64,000 nt of DNA from Escherichia coli (lineage in GTDB: Bacteria; Pseudomonadota; Gammaproteobacteria; Enterobacterales; Enterobacteriaceae): NCBI GenBank assembly GCA_002099625.1, contig GCA_002099625.1_4857.1, one strand, 5' to 3'. The notes under the pieces are model-generated. The model did no database searches. It was not told the origin of the DNA and saw only the letters and a list, made by a program, of their open reading frames with translations. This document shows, piece by piece, positions 10,701-19,442 of the stretch (position 1 is its first letter; the number at the start of each line of letters is the position of its first letter). Both the position numbers and the translations under genes were made by a program.

Positions 10701-10768
10701 TGTCCGTAAGCCAGCGACAGTGCGTAGTTCAGCGCATGTCGTTTAGCAGAGATTTTAAATTTGCGCAT
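7751..10768 (-). CDS. large multidomain protein, glycoside-hydrolase-like (alpha/alpha toroid) candidate
   Basis: 1005-aa ORF, W/Y/G-rich with repeated aromatic motifs typical of six-hairpin glycosidases; fold assignment by eye only. Confidence 0.6.
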   Translation of the reverse strand: MRKFKISAKRHALNYALSLAYGHQDFVRRNTGLTNDAHNDHYLINPEGVLSNNRHFIADSMAVYQPNGDATTEGQSLLIIGYCHMYIATKNQMWLDAAIHAWEAYATYYYAGQAIPDSPQRWICNWLVNGKEPVLADYPVHPTEPTHGGYKCVPVTFTNGRCQIPQGAPFFGEYLNNFFSAHRGHPTWGAVNADVQKIKESENGLIDWSKVPDYLITNPEKPYDVKAWVDWNRMLNDPTGYTPMWGGSTSKGPRYEPDWFVVWTGEKVQDGDVIESGLPDAQKGTVQLKDTSINGVYLINYASQVPVEHGGYLFDRNEPWHNRPVHTPLKGSVNQMGNAADAEVWFIDACYLLWRITGEARYKAALDSVFYTAHEYTYIDAKDKFFRRSKLAETPFTDGISYDYKYPSTVEVAYSRDENGDIVFRSEKAVQNFMEQQAVRFRINSQSKLRVTYGGVCDNGDALACKVMVDINPVKADTEEVNWYGCTLPGSTSMEVEQHDIDLGHLARMTNPANGEDYIIADARACSDYGGCTWQEKFENNIYDGRSGTIVEALFPNDDAGFIIGFWLTDAGVAPPQSIVYRADADFNFRFEDTDKWRWWWMLPATNGEWKQVIIRPEDATLSGYQPDHDTDVEPKPAAPNYTTIDQVTILPDSAVENAHFSWYCVNDVPPLFNADDGWTLTFRIVIRGGSAFTGKVGDCTIKDYRLDSLAYCPGTIPFSNIYSEGTYQLGAWHGMPYPGYQYPFMYTIHTDDRYKDWLLNQIRFMHDSQTNYQKQIGELGPGCAAYIWNRWDNYSYGPADTWTTFHWGDGHPWAGYQPRAYNAAARCWYELVVRGKEVPPELVVYVENWAKWLVGFLDRFDNHTPNEFPTAPNKPVWVENDFTAHMCALWIAGSAYAAMAGCTVEGLSRIMDMGMKEMGDNFTVTDIPGKAINGAWSPWANPTTDNGQAFGFYTGEAMRAIGLYLLYKEHGAGHDIYHDLAIPDHTTASLDITFTIPDDPLETN

Positions 10769-10771
10769 GGC

Positions 10772-11245
10772 CTAGTATCCTGTTCCGCAAATGGCCCCTT
10801 TCCAGGTTGTACCGCCATCCGTAGATGACAAAGACAACACATCCTCGGCGTCCAGCTTGTACGATAACGGAGGTTCTGCACCGTTAGGCCATTTAACCGA
10901 AGTCGGCCAGGTGATTTTGTTTGCACCGGTACCCTGACGTAGCGTCAGTAATAATTCATATCGCGTACCCGGAACCGGGTCGGTAATAGGTGTGATAGAA
11001 AGCGCAGTGGTGGGGTCACCTAAACGGATGATGAAGTCGTCCGCAACATTGGGATCTATTTCAACGATACCGTCAGCACCGGATAAGTTTTGGATAGGGT
11101 TTGCGTCTGCCCCACCACCGCCGATTTCACTGAGGGGAAGTTTGTACTCCTTTTCATCAACGCTGATAAGCGCTACTGCGCTCGACTTATCGCCGTTGTA
11201 AGAATCGAGTTCATGCAAACGTTTCTTTTTGACTACAGTTGCCAT
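10772..11245 (-). CDS. hypothetical protein, possible small adhesin or Ig-like structural protein
   Basis: 157-aa ORF, G/T/P-rich; start overlaps stop of upstream gene. Confidence 0.5.
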   Translation of the reverse strand: MATVVKKKRLHELDSYNGDKSSAVALISVDEKEYKLPLSEIGGGGADANPIQNLSGADGIVEIDPNVADDFIIRLGDPTTALSITPITDPVPGTRYELLLTLRQGTGANKITWPTSVKWPNGAEPPLSYKLDAEDVLSLSSTDGGTTWKGAICGTGY

Positions 11246-13194
11246 TATGCATCGTCTCCGTAGGTTAACACTGCATCATCACCGATGCATAAAACAGTTT
11301 CTTCATCCAGACTTGCCACAGCTTCTTTTTCATTAAACGCCGTGAATGTAAAGGTAGCCGTCCATGCCGGCGAATCGTCACTCATCGGTGCAATCAACGG
11401 CTCGTTTGTTGGTGTAATAACCCCTGTCGAGATGTCTTCACGTGACAAGTTTAAACCGCACAACTGGTTTACAACTGTCGCTAAATCAGCATAGGTGTCG
11501 CCGGGAGCTACAGTAACTAGTATCGGTCCTTGCGGGTCGATAATTTTATTAGCGACTAGACGGTCGTAATAGACGGTAACCTTCTTGCCGTTAGGTTTAC
11601 GTGCTTTTGCAATGTACGCTTGCGTGGTACGGGCACTTTCAACACCTAAGTCGATAGGCCCCACTCCGCTTATTACAATCTCGTCAGGCGATAATGACAA
11701 TCCGTTATCGTGATTAATTAACGCCACAACGAGGCCCTTGGAGTCTAATCTAAGGTCAGGTGTAAAACGATTAGGGGGACTGTATTTTGCATTCAGTGCA
11801 GGTTTATCAACTAACCAAAAGCCGCTTGGTACGCAGGCCAAAATCACCCAGGCGGTATTTGTTGTCGACGGCCAATTAGGTAAAGTGTCGTAAGTTGGGT
11901 CATCGCACGAATCGCGATAACCGTGTTCACCCAGGAGAACATCGATATTATTAATTAGTTCAATTGCCCTAGTATCGTTCCCTAATTGTCTTTCAAATAA
12001 GGCAACACCGGCAGTTCCTTCAACCCAAACGCCGTCGACCGCAGTCGGATAACCCAATTCAACCTTATAAGGTGTGTAACCGCTGCATTCGGACGTTACT
12101 GCTCGAAACTTTTCCATGTAGCTGTGACACTGCGAAGCCAGCTCCGGTTTGAACTTAGCGATAAACAATCCACCCCAGCTTGACTGGTCTAAAGCGGCAG
12201 CGTCGTCATCGACATCGGCTCTAACGCCTTGACGCAATCGACCCTCTTCTTCTATCCAAAACTTGTCTAAAATTAGATTGCCTAACTCTATCGCCTTCGC
12301 GGCGTAGCTATCAAATCCAACCCTTCCCAATATCTCGAATAAAAACCACAAATCAACACAATGTTCCAAGGCCGAGAACGGTGCTACATAATTTTCATCG
12401 AACGTTTGCGTACCATCGGGGTTTGTAATAAAGCGGCCTTTACCCCCGAGATATAAGCCGTATCTCCTATCGTTTACATCGCTAACACGGAATCCTTCAA
12501 CCCAACTGAGCGAAAGAGTGAGCTTACTCCTAACTTGACCAACTAAGGTGCCGTTTGGATATTTCTCTAGGTAAAAAGCAAGGGCGTATAATACCCATGC
12601 CACATTGCCCATCCGATAATAGTTACGTGGAGACTTGGCAGACAAACGATTTACATAAAACTTAATACCACCGTCTGTGTCCACTAAAGCACAAAGCCCT
12701 TTAACATATTTCTCAACGGCTCCGTGATCTATAGCCATTAGTGCTAAAGCTGCCACCGCCTGATCGTACGTGTAACATCGATCTTTCATTACCTTGATAA
12801 CATCAGGTTCGGCGTCGCTGGGCATTAAGTAACTGCGTATACATAGAGGAAATTCCAGGGTTGTAATCCACTCTCCAGTTGATATATTGATTAGTCTAAA
12901 CTGTTTAGCACCGGCCCACGTACGTTTAAAAGAAAACGCCCCTGAGGCATCAAGAGGGGCTTCACCTAGCAAATACTCCCCGGTGGTGTAAGCATACATT
13001 ACCACTTTGTGGTTTGTGGGGTTGGTAACGTTGCTTTTTCCCGTCACGACCCCGATATAATCGTAGTCTACATTCTGATCTACGGACAGACTTACACTCG
13101 GGTCGTAGACCTCAGGAAGATCCAAGGTTAGCATTGTCTCTGTAGTATATTCGACCAACTCAGCAAAGTTGCGGATTATAGGTTTCGTCGTCAC
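11245..13194 (-). CDS. glycosidase-like (alpha/alpha)6 toroid protein candidate
   Basis: Start reassigned to GTG at 13194 (SD GGAGG 5 nt upstream); the ORF track start at 13290 would read through the terminator at 13223..13250. Contains YDQAVAALAL-like motifs. Confidence 0.55.
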   Translation of the reverse strand: MTTKPIIRNFAELVEYTTETMLTLDLPEVYDPSVSLSVDQNVDYDYIGVVTGKSNVTNPTNHKVVMYAYTTGEYLLGEAPLDASGAFSFKRTWAGAKQFRLINISTGEWITTLEFPLCIRSYLMPSDAEPDVIKVMKDRCYTYDQAVAALALMAIDHGAVEKYVKGLCALVDTDGGIKFYVNRLSAKSPRNYYRMGNVAWVLYALAFYLEKYPNGTLVGQVRSKLTLSLSWVEGFRVSDVNDRRYGLYLGGKGRFITNPDGTQTFDENYVAPFSALEHCVDLWFLFEILGRVGFDSYAAKAIELGNLILDKFWIEEEGRLRQGVRADVDDDAAALDQSSWGGLFIAKFKPELASQCHSYMEKFRAVTSECSGYTPYKVELGYPTAVDGVWVEGTAGVALFERQLGNDTRAIELINNIDVLLGEHGYRDSCDDPTYDTLPNWPSTTNTAWVILACVPSGFWLVDKPALNAKYSPPNRFTPDLRLDSKGLVVALINHDNGLSLSPDEIVISGVGPIDLGVESARTTQAYIAKARKPNGKKVTVYYDRLVANKIIDPQGPILVTVAPGDTYADLATVVNQLCGLNLSREDISTGVITPTNEPLIAPMSDDSPAWTATFTFTAFNEKEAVASLDEETVLCIGDDAVLTYGDDA

Positions 13195-13207
13195 AATTTC
13201 CTCCAGA

Positions 13208-13252
13208 AACAAAAAAAAATAAGCTACCACACATATGATCGTGTGGTAGCCT
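13208..13252 (-). terminator. intrinsic terminator
   Basis: Stem gctaccacac/gtgtggtagc, T-run on minus strand; after stop of 13265..13660. Confidence 0.7.
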
Positions 13253-13264
13253 ACTCGTACGCTG

Positions 13265-13660
13265 TTAGTGCAGTGTAGCACTGTGCACAACAGTTAACCC
13301 GCGACGTTTGATCTCATCCGCGATGGATTGCAACAGCTTATCGTAACCCACCTTTACAAATTCAGGTAAGCCACGGTCAACCATCTCCATCTCGGTGATT
13401 TCTTCACGGAAAACTTGACAACAGCCTTCTAAATAACGTTTAGCTTCTGTCACGTCATCGACATACCGCGCATAACTCAGGGCGATCGCGTAACCTTCTG
13501 CAATAAACGCATACTTCATGAAGACTTCTGGGTCGAGTTCTTCAACTGCCACGTCTAGACGTGAAGCGGTCTGACGTACAGAGTTACGTAATGATTCAGA
13601 AAACAGTGTAGTCGTAACCATATCCTGATTAGGAACGGTTTTAGGCATAATCAATTTCAC
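13265..13660 (-). CDS. hypothetical protein
   Basis: 131-aa ORF. Confidence 0.5.
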   Translation of the reverse strand: MKLIMPKTVPNQDMVTTTLFSESLRNSVRQTASRLDVAVEELDPEVFMKYAFIAEGYAIALSYARYVDDVTEAKRYLEGCCQVFREEITEMEMVDRGLPEFVKVGYDKLLQSIADEIKRRGLTVVHSATLH

Positions 13661-13671
13661 GAGGACTCTCC

Positions 13672-14055
13672 TTACGATAACTCGCCCATGTAAATTACTT
13701 CATAACCGAACCACTCACCGATTTCAATAAGGTAAGAAACTAGCAAGTGGCGATGACAGAATTTCCCCGGTGGGCAATAGCACATTAGTACGACCTCGCC
13801 CCGGCGGAGAATCTCTATCAGCTTATCAGTGTCTTCATCAAACAACCGACTAAGTTTCTGCAGGTAGCGTTTGGTATACGCAGCTTCTGCGTCGGGGCCT
13901 TTGTCAGACTTCTTGTAGTCCATCAGAAAGTCCCAGTCGGGTGCCAAATATTTCAGCCCCGACTTAACCGTTATATCCAGCTTTGGCAAATTCCGTTTTT
14001 CAGCTATCCGCCACTTCGCCAGTTGGAGCGTCCACAGCTTTACTTGCTTTGGCAT
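13672..14055 (-). CDS. DUF488-like protein
   Basis: Motif VVLMCYCPPGKFCHRHLL (C..C....CHR) and LAPDW region resemble the DUF488/YeaO family; start taken at ATG 14055 (MPKQ); overlaps 3' end of upstream gene. Confidence 0.45.
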   Translation of the reverse strand: MPKQVKLWTLQLAKWRIAEKRNLPKLDITVKSGLKYLAPDWDFLMDYKKSDKGPDAEAAYTKRYLQKLSRLFDEDTDKLIEILRRGEVVLMCYCPPGKFCHRHLLVSYLIEIGEWFGYEVIYMGELS

Positions 14056-15007
14056 TATTCGCTCTCTCTTTTTCTTTCTCCTGAAGCGCTTTAAAATGCG
14101 GTGCATATTCGCACCACTCTTCTGCTGTAAATGACGTGATAAACAGTCTTTCGGTATCTTCAGTTACCGTAAAGGTTGTGTGATTTCTTTTCGGGTCCTT
14201 AAAGTTAGCAAAAGTCGGTACGTCCAAACCCATAGCAGAAATAGCACCACCAAGAGCAGAGCACCATACCCGTCTGTAAGCATCGTTGATTTTAATCTCC
14301 CATCCCACAGACGGTGTAATACCAAGACTACGATAATTCTGCGACTTTGCCGACGGATGGGCATAAACGATGAGCATGTTATTCTCACGGTCTATCGCGA
14401 ATTCGTAGTTGTTGTAGTTACTGACCTGCACCAATCTACGAATGTCTTCCGGCAACTCCTGCCACATTTCCAGTTTCTCTTTATCCCACGCAGGTGTTAG
14501 AAGCGGTGGAACGCGGCCGGCATGATCTTGGAAATACATCAGTTCGCTATAAAGGTTCTTTAAGCGAGCGTACTCGTCTAATGTCCAATCTCCCAGCTCT
14601 AGACTATTCTCCAACGCATCTAACTTATTCCAGCCAACAACTGCATAGGCGTGGTGCTGTTTGCGTGTAATGTCGCACATCAGTTTAGCGAGGCCGTTAA
14701 CAACATTGCCTTGCTGAACCAGAGGCGACCAGCCGTTAGCGTAGCCGGCGCTAACGACAGGCGGAAAGTTCTCTTCCCCGAGCACCGCCCATGTAACACG
14801 ATCGGTTTGTGCGTGGTATCTGTCCATTAACCGTTCAACAATGGCCACACTACAAAGAATTTCCATGAAGTTCGCGTTACCTCCATTCCACATGGAGAAA
14901 TATGCAGGACGGACATGTCGTGCTTCATTGGCCGGTGCTTTGCACAACAGCTGATACATTATCCAGGTGGAATCCAACCCTGCTGAAAACGAAACGAGCT
15001 TCGTCAT
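14000..15007 (-). CDS. PP-loop ATP pyrophosphatase superfamily protein
   Basis: N-terminal SFSAGLDST matches the PP-loop SGGxDS motif (QueC, PAPS reductase, asparagine synthase class); 335 aa. Confidence 0.5.
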   Translation of the reverse strand: MTKLVSFSAGLDSTWIMYQLLCKAPANEARHVRPAYFSMWNGGNANFMEILCSVAIVERLMDRYHAQTDRVTWAVLGEENFPPVVSAGYANGWSPLVQQGNVVNGLAKLMCDITRKQHHAYAVVGWNKLDALENSLELGDWTLDEYARLKNLYSELMYFQDHAGRVPPLLTPAWDKEKLEMWQELPEDIRRLVQVSNYNNYEFAIDRENNMLIVYAHPSAKSQNYRSLGITPSVGWEIKINDAYRRVWCSALGGAISAMGLDVPTFANFKDPKRNHTTFTVTEDTERLFITSFTAEEWCEYAPHFKALQEKEKERANNAKASKAVDAPTGEVADS

Positions 15008-15015
15008 CCTTTACC

Positions 15016-15348
15016 TCACTTTTGTTTCTGTTTTTCTTCACGCATCAACTTAGCGTTCAGGTCGACCATGTAACCCGGTTTTTCCATCACCTGCACTTCT
15101 TCCCAGTTGCTTCCCACCGCCATTTTGAGGGTTCCTTGACGTACCGCGATTTCTTTTGCAGTGTCACGGCAGACCTCTAACGCTTCGTCCAAATCGTTAA
15201 AAGTTGTCTTCTGTGGTCCGTTAAAGGTTTTAGCGCATTCCAGGAATACACGTTCGTAAACATCCTGGTCGAGTAAGAGTGGTTTGTCCGCAGCGTGGGC
15301 AACCATAGGCGCAACGAGTGCGCCTAACAGAACTAAAACTTTCTTCAT
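15016..15348 (-). CDS. secreted small protein with Sec signal peptide
   Basis: Start at ATG 15348 (MKKVLVLLGALVAPMVAHA-AD, AXA cleavage site); ATGA overlap with upstream stop. Confidence 0.5.
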   Translation of the reverse strand: MKKVLVLLGALVAPMVAHAADKPLLLDQDVYERVFLECAKTFNGPQKTTFNDLDEALEVCRDTAKEIAVRQGTLKMAVGSNWEEVQVMEKPGYMVDLNAKLMREEKQKQK

Positions 15349-15830
15349 TGTTTCACCGTACGTAGAAATTGATAACGTGGGGTTTCTTCTGCCACAACAT
15401 CGAAAGATGGGATGCAAACAATCTTCCCATATCCATCGAGTTCTATACGTGGAGAAATCGTGATGGTGCCTGCACGCATCACTTCAATCGCTAACGCTTT
15501 GAGTGGGCCGTATGGTGTGAATTCACCGCGGAGTTGAAAGTAACCATCGACAACGCCATAGCAGACATTCGATACATAACCGCAAACGCGTACGAGTTCA
15601 ATACAACGTATCCGATCAATGGCGGCCTTTACTTCCCCGAACGATTGACACGGTTTAATCACAGGCGCGTCGAATTCACAGAAAACGTGTCCGCGACGTA
15701 ATGCTAACGATATCGTTTCGTCGGGACGGGCCGAGTCTTTAAATTCGTCGCACGGTATAGACAGTAGCAGTCCACTCGCGGATGCCACGGTTTGTGCGGG
15801 TATTTCCTTAACCTCGGTTTGTAGTTTCAT
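15345..15830 (-). CDS. hypothetical protein
   Basis: 161-aa ORF. Confidence 0.5.
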   Translation of the reverse strand: MKLQTEVKEIPAQTVASASGLLLSIPCDEFKDSARPDETISLALRRGHVFCEFDAPVIKPCQSFGEVKAAIDRIRCIELVRVCGYVSNVCYGVVDGYFQLRGEFTPYGPLKALAIEVMRAGTITISPRIELDGYGKIVCIPSFDVVAEETPRYQFLRTVKQ

Positions 15831-15920
15831 TTATTCACTCGATAATTAATGGGGTTAAAATCAAATCCATGTAACCTAGGGTCAATAGCGCCACTATCTC
15901 AATCGGCGTTAAATTCTCCA

Positions 15921-16130
15921 TTAATTTTCCTCTTTGAGTATCATGGCAACCGCTTTACGACACGCATCCACCGCATCAGGATAAGTGTCACTGTTCGGGT
16001 CCACACGGTCAATGCACATCCTAAACGTGCTGGTTGCGGTCTCTCGACGTTCCGCAGTACGAGTGCTGGTACTGATTGCGATATAAATACAAAACAGCAC
16101 CGCCGCGGCGATAGGCCAACGTAAGTTCAT
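15921..16130 (-). CDS. small membrane protein
   Basis: 69-aa ORF with N-terminal hydrophobic segment WPIAAAVLFCIYIAIS; coupled to upstream stop. Confidence 0.45.
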   Translation of the reverse strand: MNLRWPIAAAVLFCIYIAISTSTRTAERRETATSTFRMCIDRVDPNSDTYPDAVDACRKAVAMILKEEN

Positions 16131-16828
16131 CAGTAATCCCCCGTTGCCCCTATCGCAGTCGCTACTTTACTGGCAACCTCGTCAACCGGAAGCACCACCT
16201 CGTCTTTCTTGCTCACAATCTCTGGCACTTCTTTGACATGTTCAACGGTCACGTCAAATTTCCGAGTATAACCAACAAGTAACTTTGCCATATCTGCACG
16301 ACTAACGAACTGTTGTTCTTCTGACAGATGCAACGACGTATCAAGTAGTCCGGAATGCATGAAGTTTTCAATGAGTTGGTCTTCTTCTGCTTTGAAGTCG
16401 TACCGCTCGTTCGGTGCAGCCACAAATGCATAACCGAAATACTTCCCCTCTTCCTGTTCAGGGCGTAACGATTTAACTAACTCCTCAGCGTGTTCACAGA
16501 AGTCCGCCAAAGTATAATCGTCAAGTGTGGCAACTGCGGTTTCTGTTACAATTTCACCGCTGTCGAGTTCGGTGAGGTGCATCACCCACAGGTGCCATGG
16601 GCGCGGTTGGTCGAACAATCCGCCGACTAACATGTCTGTGGCGATAGCACGAATACGTGGACTTGCTGTAAAGTGAAAACCGCGGCCCGCGTACGGGCCG
16701 AGACGGCGAATGGAGCTGCCAATAAAGGTGATGCGGTTCAGCGCGTTTTCAGCGATGGTGTGCGCTGTACGCTCTGTAGCAGCTTTTGGGTTATACTTTT
16801 TGTTACGGGGTTTCTTTTGCTTAGCCAT
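16130..16828 (-). CDS. hypothetical protein
   Basis: 232-aa ORF. Confidence 0.5.
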   Translation of the reverse strand: MAKQKKPRNKKYNPKAATERTAHTIAENALNRITFIGSSIRRLGPYAGRGFHFTASPRIRAIATDMLVGGLFDQPRPWHLWVMHLTELDSGEIVTETAVATLDDYTLADFCEHAEELVKSLRPEQEEGKYFGYAFVAAPNERYDFKAEEDQLIENFMHSGLLDTSLHLSEEQQFVSRADMAKLLVGYTRKFDVTVEHVKEVPEIVSKKDEVVLPVDEVASKVATAIGATGDY

Positions 16829-17298
16829 TACTTAAAAACCTTTTTACAGACAGTGTGGAATACTTTACGAATTTCGCGAAGAGTTTGTTCGGTATGCAGA
16901 TGCCGATACGTTATTTTCCATGCGTTATACGTGTTCTTCAGGGTGATCTCGCTGAGGTCGTAGACGAAATCCTCATCAGGGTACAAGAGTCTCGCCATGC
17001 ACAAATCCCACAGTGGCGGAATATCCGCTTTCATTAACTCAGCGACAAGCTCATGTGCTTTGTGTTCAAAGCCGATGCCAAGAACGAACACCACATGAAA
17101 TTCCCCCGGTGTGTTCTTTTTAGAATATGGTCCGTGTCCATGACACGACCACATTGTCGTGGCACCAGGATAACTACAAATGACCTCACACGCATCCCGT
17201 ACGCCTTTCTCAACCCAACCGTTTACGAGCGCCTTAGACGTTCGTAGTTTAAACCGACCCAGAACATCCAGGTCCACGCCACCGTATAAAACTGGCAT
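16828..17298 (-). CDS. hypothetical protein
   Basis: 156-aa ORF. Confidence 0.5.
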   Translation of the reverse strand: MPVLYGGVDLDVLGRFKLRTSKALVNGWVEKGVRDACEVICSYPGATTMWSCHGHGPYSKKNTPGEFHVVFVLGIGFEHKAHELVAELMKADIPPLWDLCMARLLYPDEDFVYDLSEITLKNTYNAWKITYRHLHTEQTLREIRKVFHTVCKKVFK

Positions 17299-17326
17299 CT
17301 TTAATTCTCCTTAAGGGTGTCTTCAT

Positions 17327-17779
17327 TTAATGGTTATGTTCTGTAAAAATTGCGAGTGCGAGCCAGTGCTCCATCACTCTTTCCATCACATCCGGGTCAG
17401 GTCGATAGTTGAGTCTAAACGTCCAGCTTGGATAACAGAGGTTCGCGTTGCCTTCTTGACGCAGCCAAGTAAAGTTTAACTGAAAACGTTTCCCGTATTC
17501 GTGCGGCTGCCATCCTTCTAATAAATGATTAATGTCTTTAAGACCCGCCTCGGTTGCCACAAATGTTAAGCTGTGGTGTCTACGTGTACGAAGCTTGTCT
17601 CCGTCTTTGCGAACTTCTCCCGTGAATGCCCAAACGGTTGCGATATTCGGCCATTCGCTAAATGCCCTAATGATTGCACGCGTTTTAACATCGACTGGTT
17701 TTTCAGCATCCAGCGCCCGGATTGTGCGCTGCTTGTACGCGGCCAATTCCGCATCATTGACGACTGAACATTGAAACAT
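17327..17779 (-). CDS. hypothetical protein
   Basis: 150-aa ORF. Confidence 0.5.
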   Translation of the reverse strand: MFQCSVVNDAELAAYKQRTIRALDAEKPVDVKTRAIIRAFSEWPNIATVWAFTGEVRKDGDKLRTRRHHSLTFVATEAGLKDINHLLEGWQPHEYGKRFQLNFTWLRQEGNANLCYPSWTFRLNYRPDPDVMERVMEHWLALAIFTEHNH

Positions 17780-17799
17780 GGTATACCCCCCAAAGGGTT

Positions 17800-17840
17800 A
17801 AAAATAAAAAGAACCCTACCTAACCGAAGTTAGGTAGGGG
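17800..17840 (-). terminator. intrinsic terminator
   Basis: Stem ccctacctaa/ttaggtaggg with ccgaag loop, T-run on minus strand. Confidence 0.7.
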
Positions 17841-17845
17841 ACTAT

Positions 17846-18151
17846 TTAAGCGACAACGCGTTTGCGTTTATCGACGACTTTCTTGGTTGCTTTCGCTACC
17901 TTCTTAGTGGCAGGGATGGTATCAACCGGGGTGTCGGCTACCAAGGCACGTTCTACGCCGTCTGCGCGGAGAACACGCAGATTCTTCGCCTGTGGTAAAC
18001 CTTTGAAAGTGATGGTCAAACCCGCGCGGAGACCTTGATACAGAAACCCTTGCAGGTTCAGTTTCTTGGTGGTTGCAGTGCTCTCACAACCTTTCTCCAC
18101 GTACAGCAGAGTCGTACCTGCACGTTTGACAATTGTGTATTGTTTAGCCAT
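17846..18151 (-). CDS. small basic protein, possible nucleic-acid binding
   Basis: 101-aa ORF with K/R-rich C-terminus; class B promoter 33 nt upstream. Confidence 0.5.
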   Translation of the reverse strand: MAKQYTIVKRAGTTLLYVEKGCESTATTKKLNLQGFLYQGLRAGLTITFKGLPQAKNLRVLRADGVERALVADTPVDTIPATKKVAKATKKVVDKRKRVVA

Positions 18152-18183
18152 CTACTTTTTCCTTTCTTTACAGTTAGGTTCAG

Positions 18184-18205
18184 TAAAATAACATCTATCT
18201 GAAAA
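18184..18205 (-). promoter_or_regulatory. class B phage promoter-like motif
   Basis: Minus-strand TTTTCAGATAGATGTTATTTTA. Confidence 0.5.
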
Positions 18206-18213
18206 GTCGTGCG

Positions 18214-18528
18214 TTAAACCACCATCTCTAAGCGCACATACTCCTTACGGCTAGGATGTACCTGCGCCCTAATCCGATGATGCACACGGTCGATGAGTAG
18301 CGTTTCGTTTACGCGCGGAATAAACCGAAATACGTTTAACAGTAACGTGAACTCAACACCCGTCACAATATTAGACAGTGTCATTAGTTCTTCGCCGATA
18401 CCTTTAACTTCTGCAACCACGGAACGATCGTGTACCTCACCACCTAACGGGGGTGTGAACGCCCGAATAAAACGGACGTGCAGTTCCTGGTGCGTCAGTG
18501 TGGGCTCAATGGGGTTTAGGTTCGACAT
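18214..18528 (-). CDS. hypothetical protein
   Basis: Start reassigned to ATG 18528 (MSNLNP); the longer ORF track version overlaps the next gene in another frame. Confidence 0.45.
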   Translation of the reverse strand: MSNLNPIEPTLTHQELHVRFIRAFTPPLGGEVHDRSVVAEVKGIGEELMTLSNIVTGVEFTLLLNVFRFIPRVNETLLIDRVHHRIRAQVHPSRKEYVRLEMVV

Positions 18529-18823
18529 GAAGCTGTCCTGGGGCATACGCGGTACCTTTTTCATTGGTTGTGTTAGCAACGCACCACATCCACTGTTTAG
18601 TTTCTTTGTCTTGCCAAGAAAACAAGATAGAACCCTCGCGGATTTCAGACGCATCAACTTCGGGATGGAATAACATGAATTCGTTTTCATCGTTGTCCAC
18701 CACGACATACTGCCCTTCTTCCATACGGTCGAAGTTAGCGACACCAACGGTAATCGGTTCCGCATCGACAGAAAGGGTCACTTCACGTTTTGGCAGGTCA
18801 CGATGAATAGCACTTAACCACAT
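18506..18823 (-). CDS. hypothetical protein
   Basis: 105-aa ORF. Confidence 0.5.
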   Translation of the reverse strand: MWLSAIHRDLPKREVTLSVDAEPITVGVANFDRMEEGQYVVVDNDENEFMLFHPEVDASEIREGSILFSWQDKETKQWMWCVANTTNEKGTAYAPGQLHVEPKPH

Positions 18824-18875
18824 TCTCTTAATTCCTCTTTACGTGGGTTGTTTCACATAAGTTAGTGGACTGATG

Positions 18876-18918
18876 TAAATAAAAAGGGACCTCCTCACCC
18901 GTGGGCAAGGAGGCGGGC
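18876..18918 (-). terminator. GC-rich hairpin, probable terminator
   Basis: Hairpin cctcc...ggagg preceded on plus strand by A-run; after stop of 18920..19414. Confidence 0.45.
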
Positions 18919-18919
18919 C

Positions 18920-19414
18920 TTACAGTTGGTTTTCTTCACGGTCGTCTGTCAGGACGGCAGCACAGATAAAGCGTGCGAGTTTCAATTTCGCAGCTGCAGT
19001 CTCCTCTGCAGACGGATTCGGGTCAACCGGCGCAGCCAAATCGACATCTGCCAGCTCTTCCGCGTATTTCTCAGCAGCTTCATCGAAGCCTGCACGGATA
19101 CCTGCCAGAAGGTCTTGTACTTCATCACTTGGCACAGGACCATCGATAAGAATCTTCTGAGCATCTGATGGCTCTACATCGGCAAAGTTCATTTCGTTCA
19201 ACATGCCAATGCGTTCTGCGTTAGAGGTGATGAGTTGTGCCAACAGTTTTTCAAAACGGTTGATATGTTCATCGTCCAACGGTTGACCGGTCAGTAGCTC
19301 GTAGTAGCGGGCCATAAGTGTGTTCGCGTCGGCCCCTTCCTCATGACGCACGCCTAAATCAAAATCGTGCTGAGGGAGCTGACCTAATTCGATCATATCC
19401 ATAGTTAACCTCAA
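18920..19414 (-). CDS. acidic hypothetical protein
   Basis: 164-aa ORF, D/E-rich. Confidence 0.5.
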   Translation of the reverse strand: MRLTMDMIELGQLPQHDFDLGVRHEEGADANTLMARYYELLTGQPLDDEHINRFEKLLAQLITSNAERIGMLNEMNFADVEPSDAQKILIDGPVPSDEVQDLLAGIRAGFDEAAEKYAEELADVDLAAPVDPNPSAEETAAAKLKLARFICAAVLTDDREENQL

Positions 19415-19442
19415 CGGTGTTTAAGGGTCATACAATGACGAA

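Noticed and set aside
17846-18151. Ribosomal-protein or histone-like identity for the basic 101-aa protein
   Set aside because: Only compositional resemblance (K/R-rich tail); no specific family motif could be matched from memory, so it is left as a possible nucleic-acid binder.
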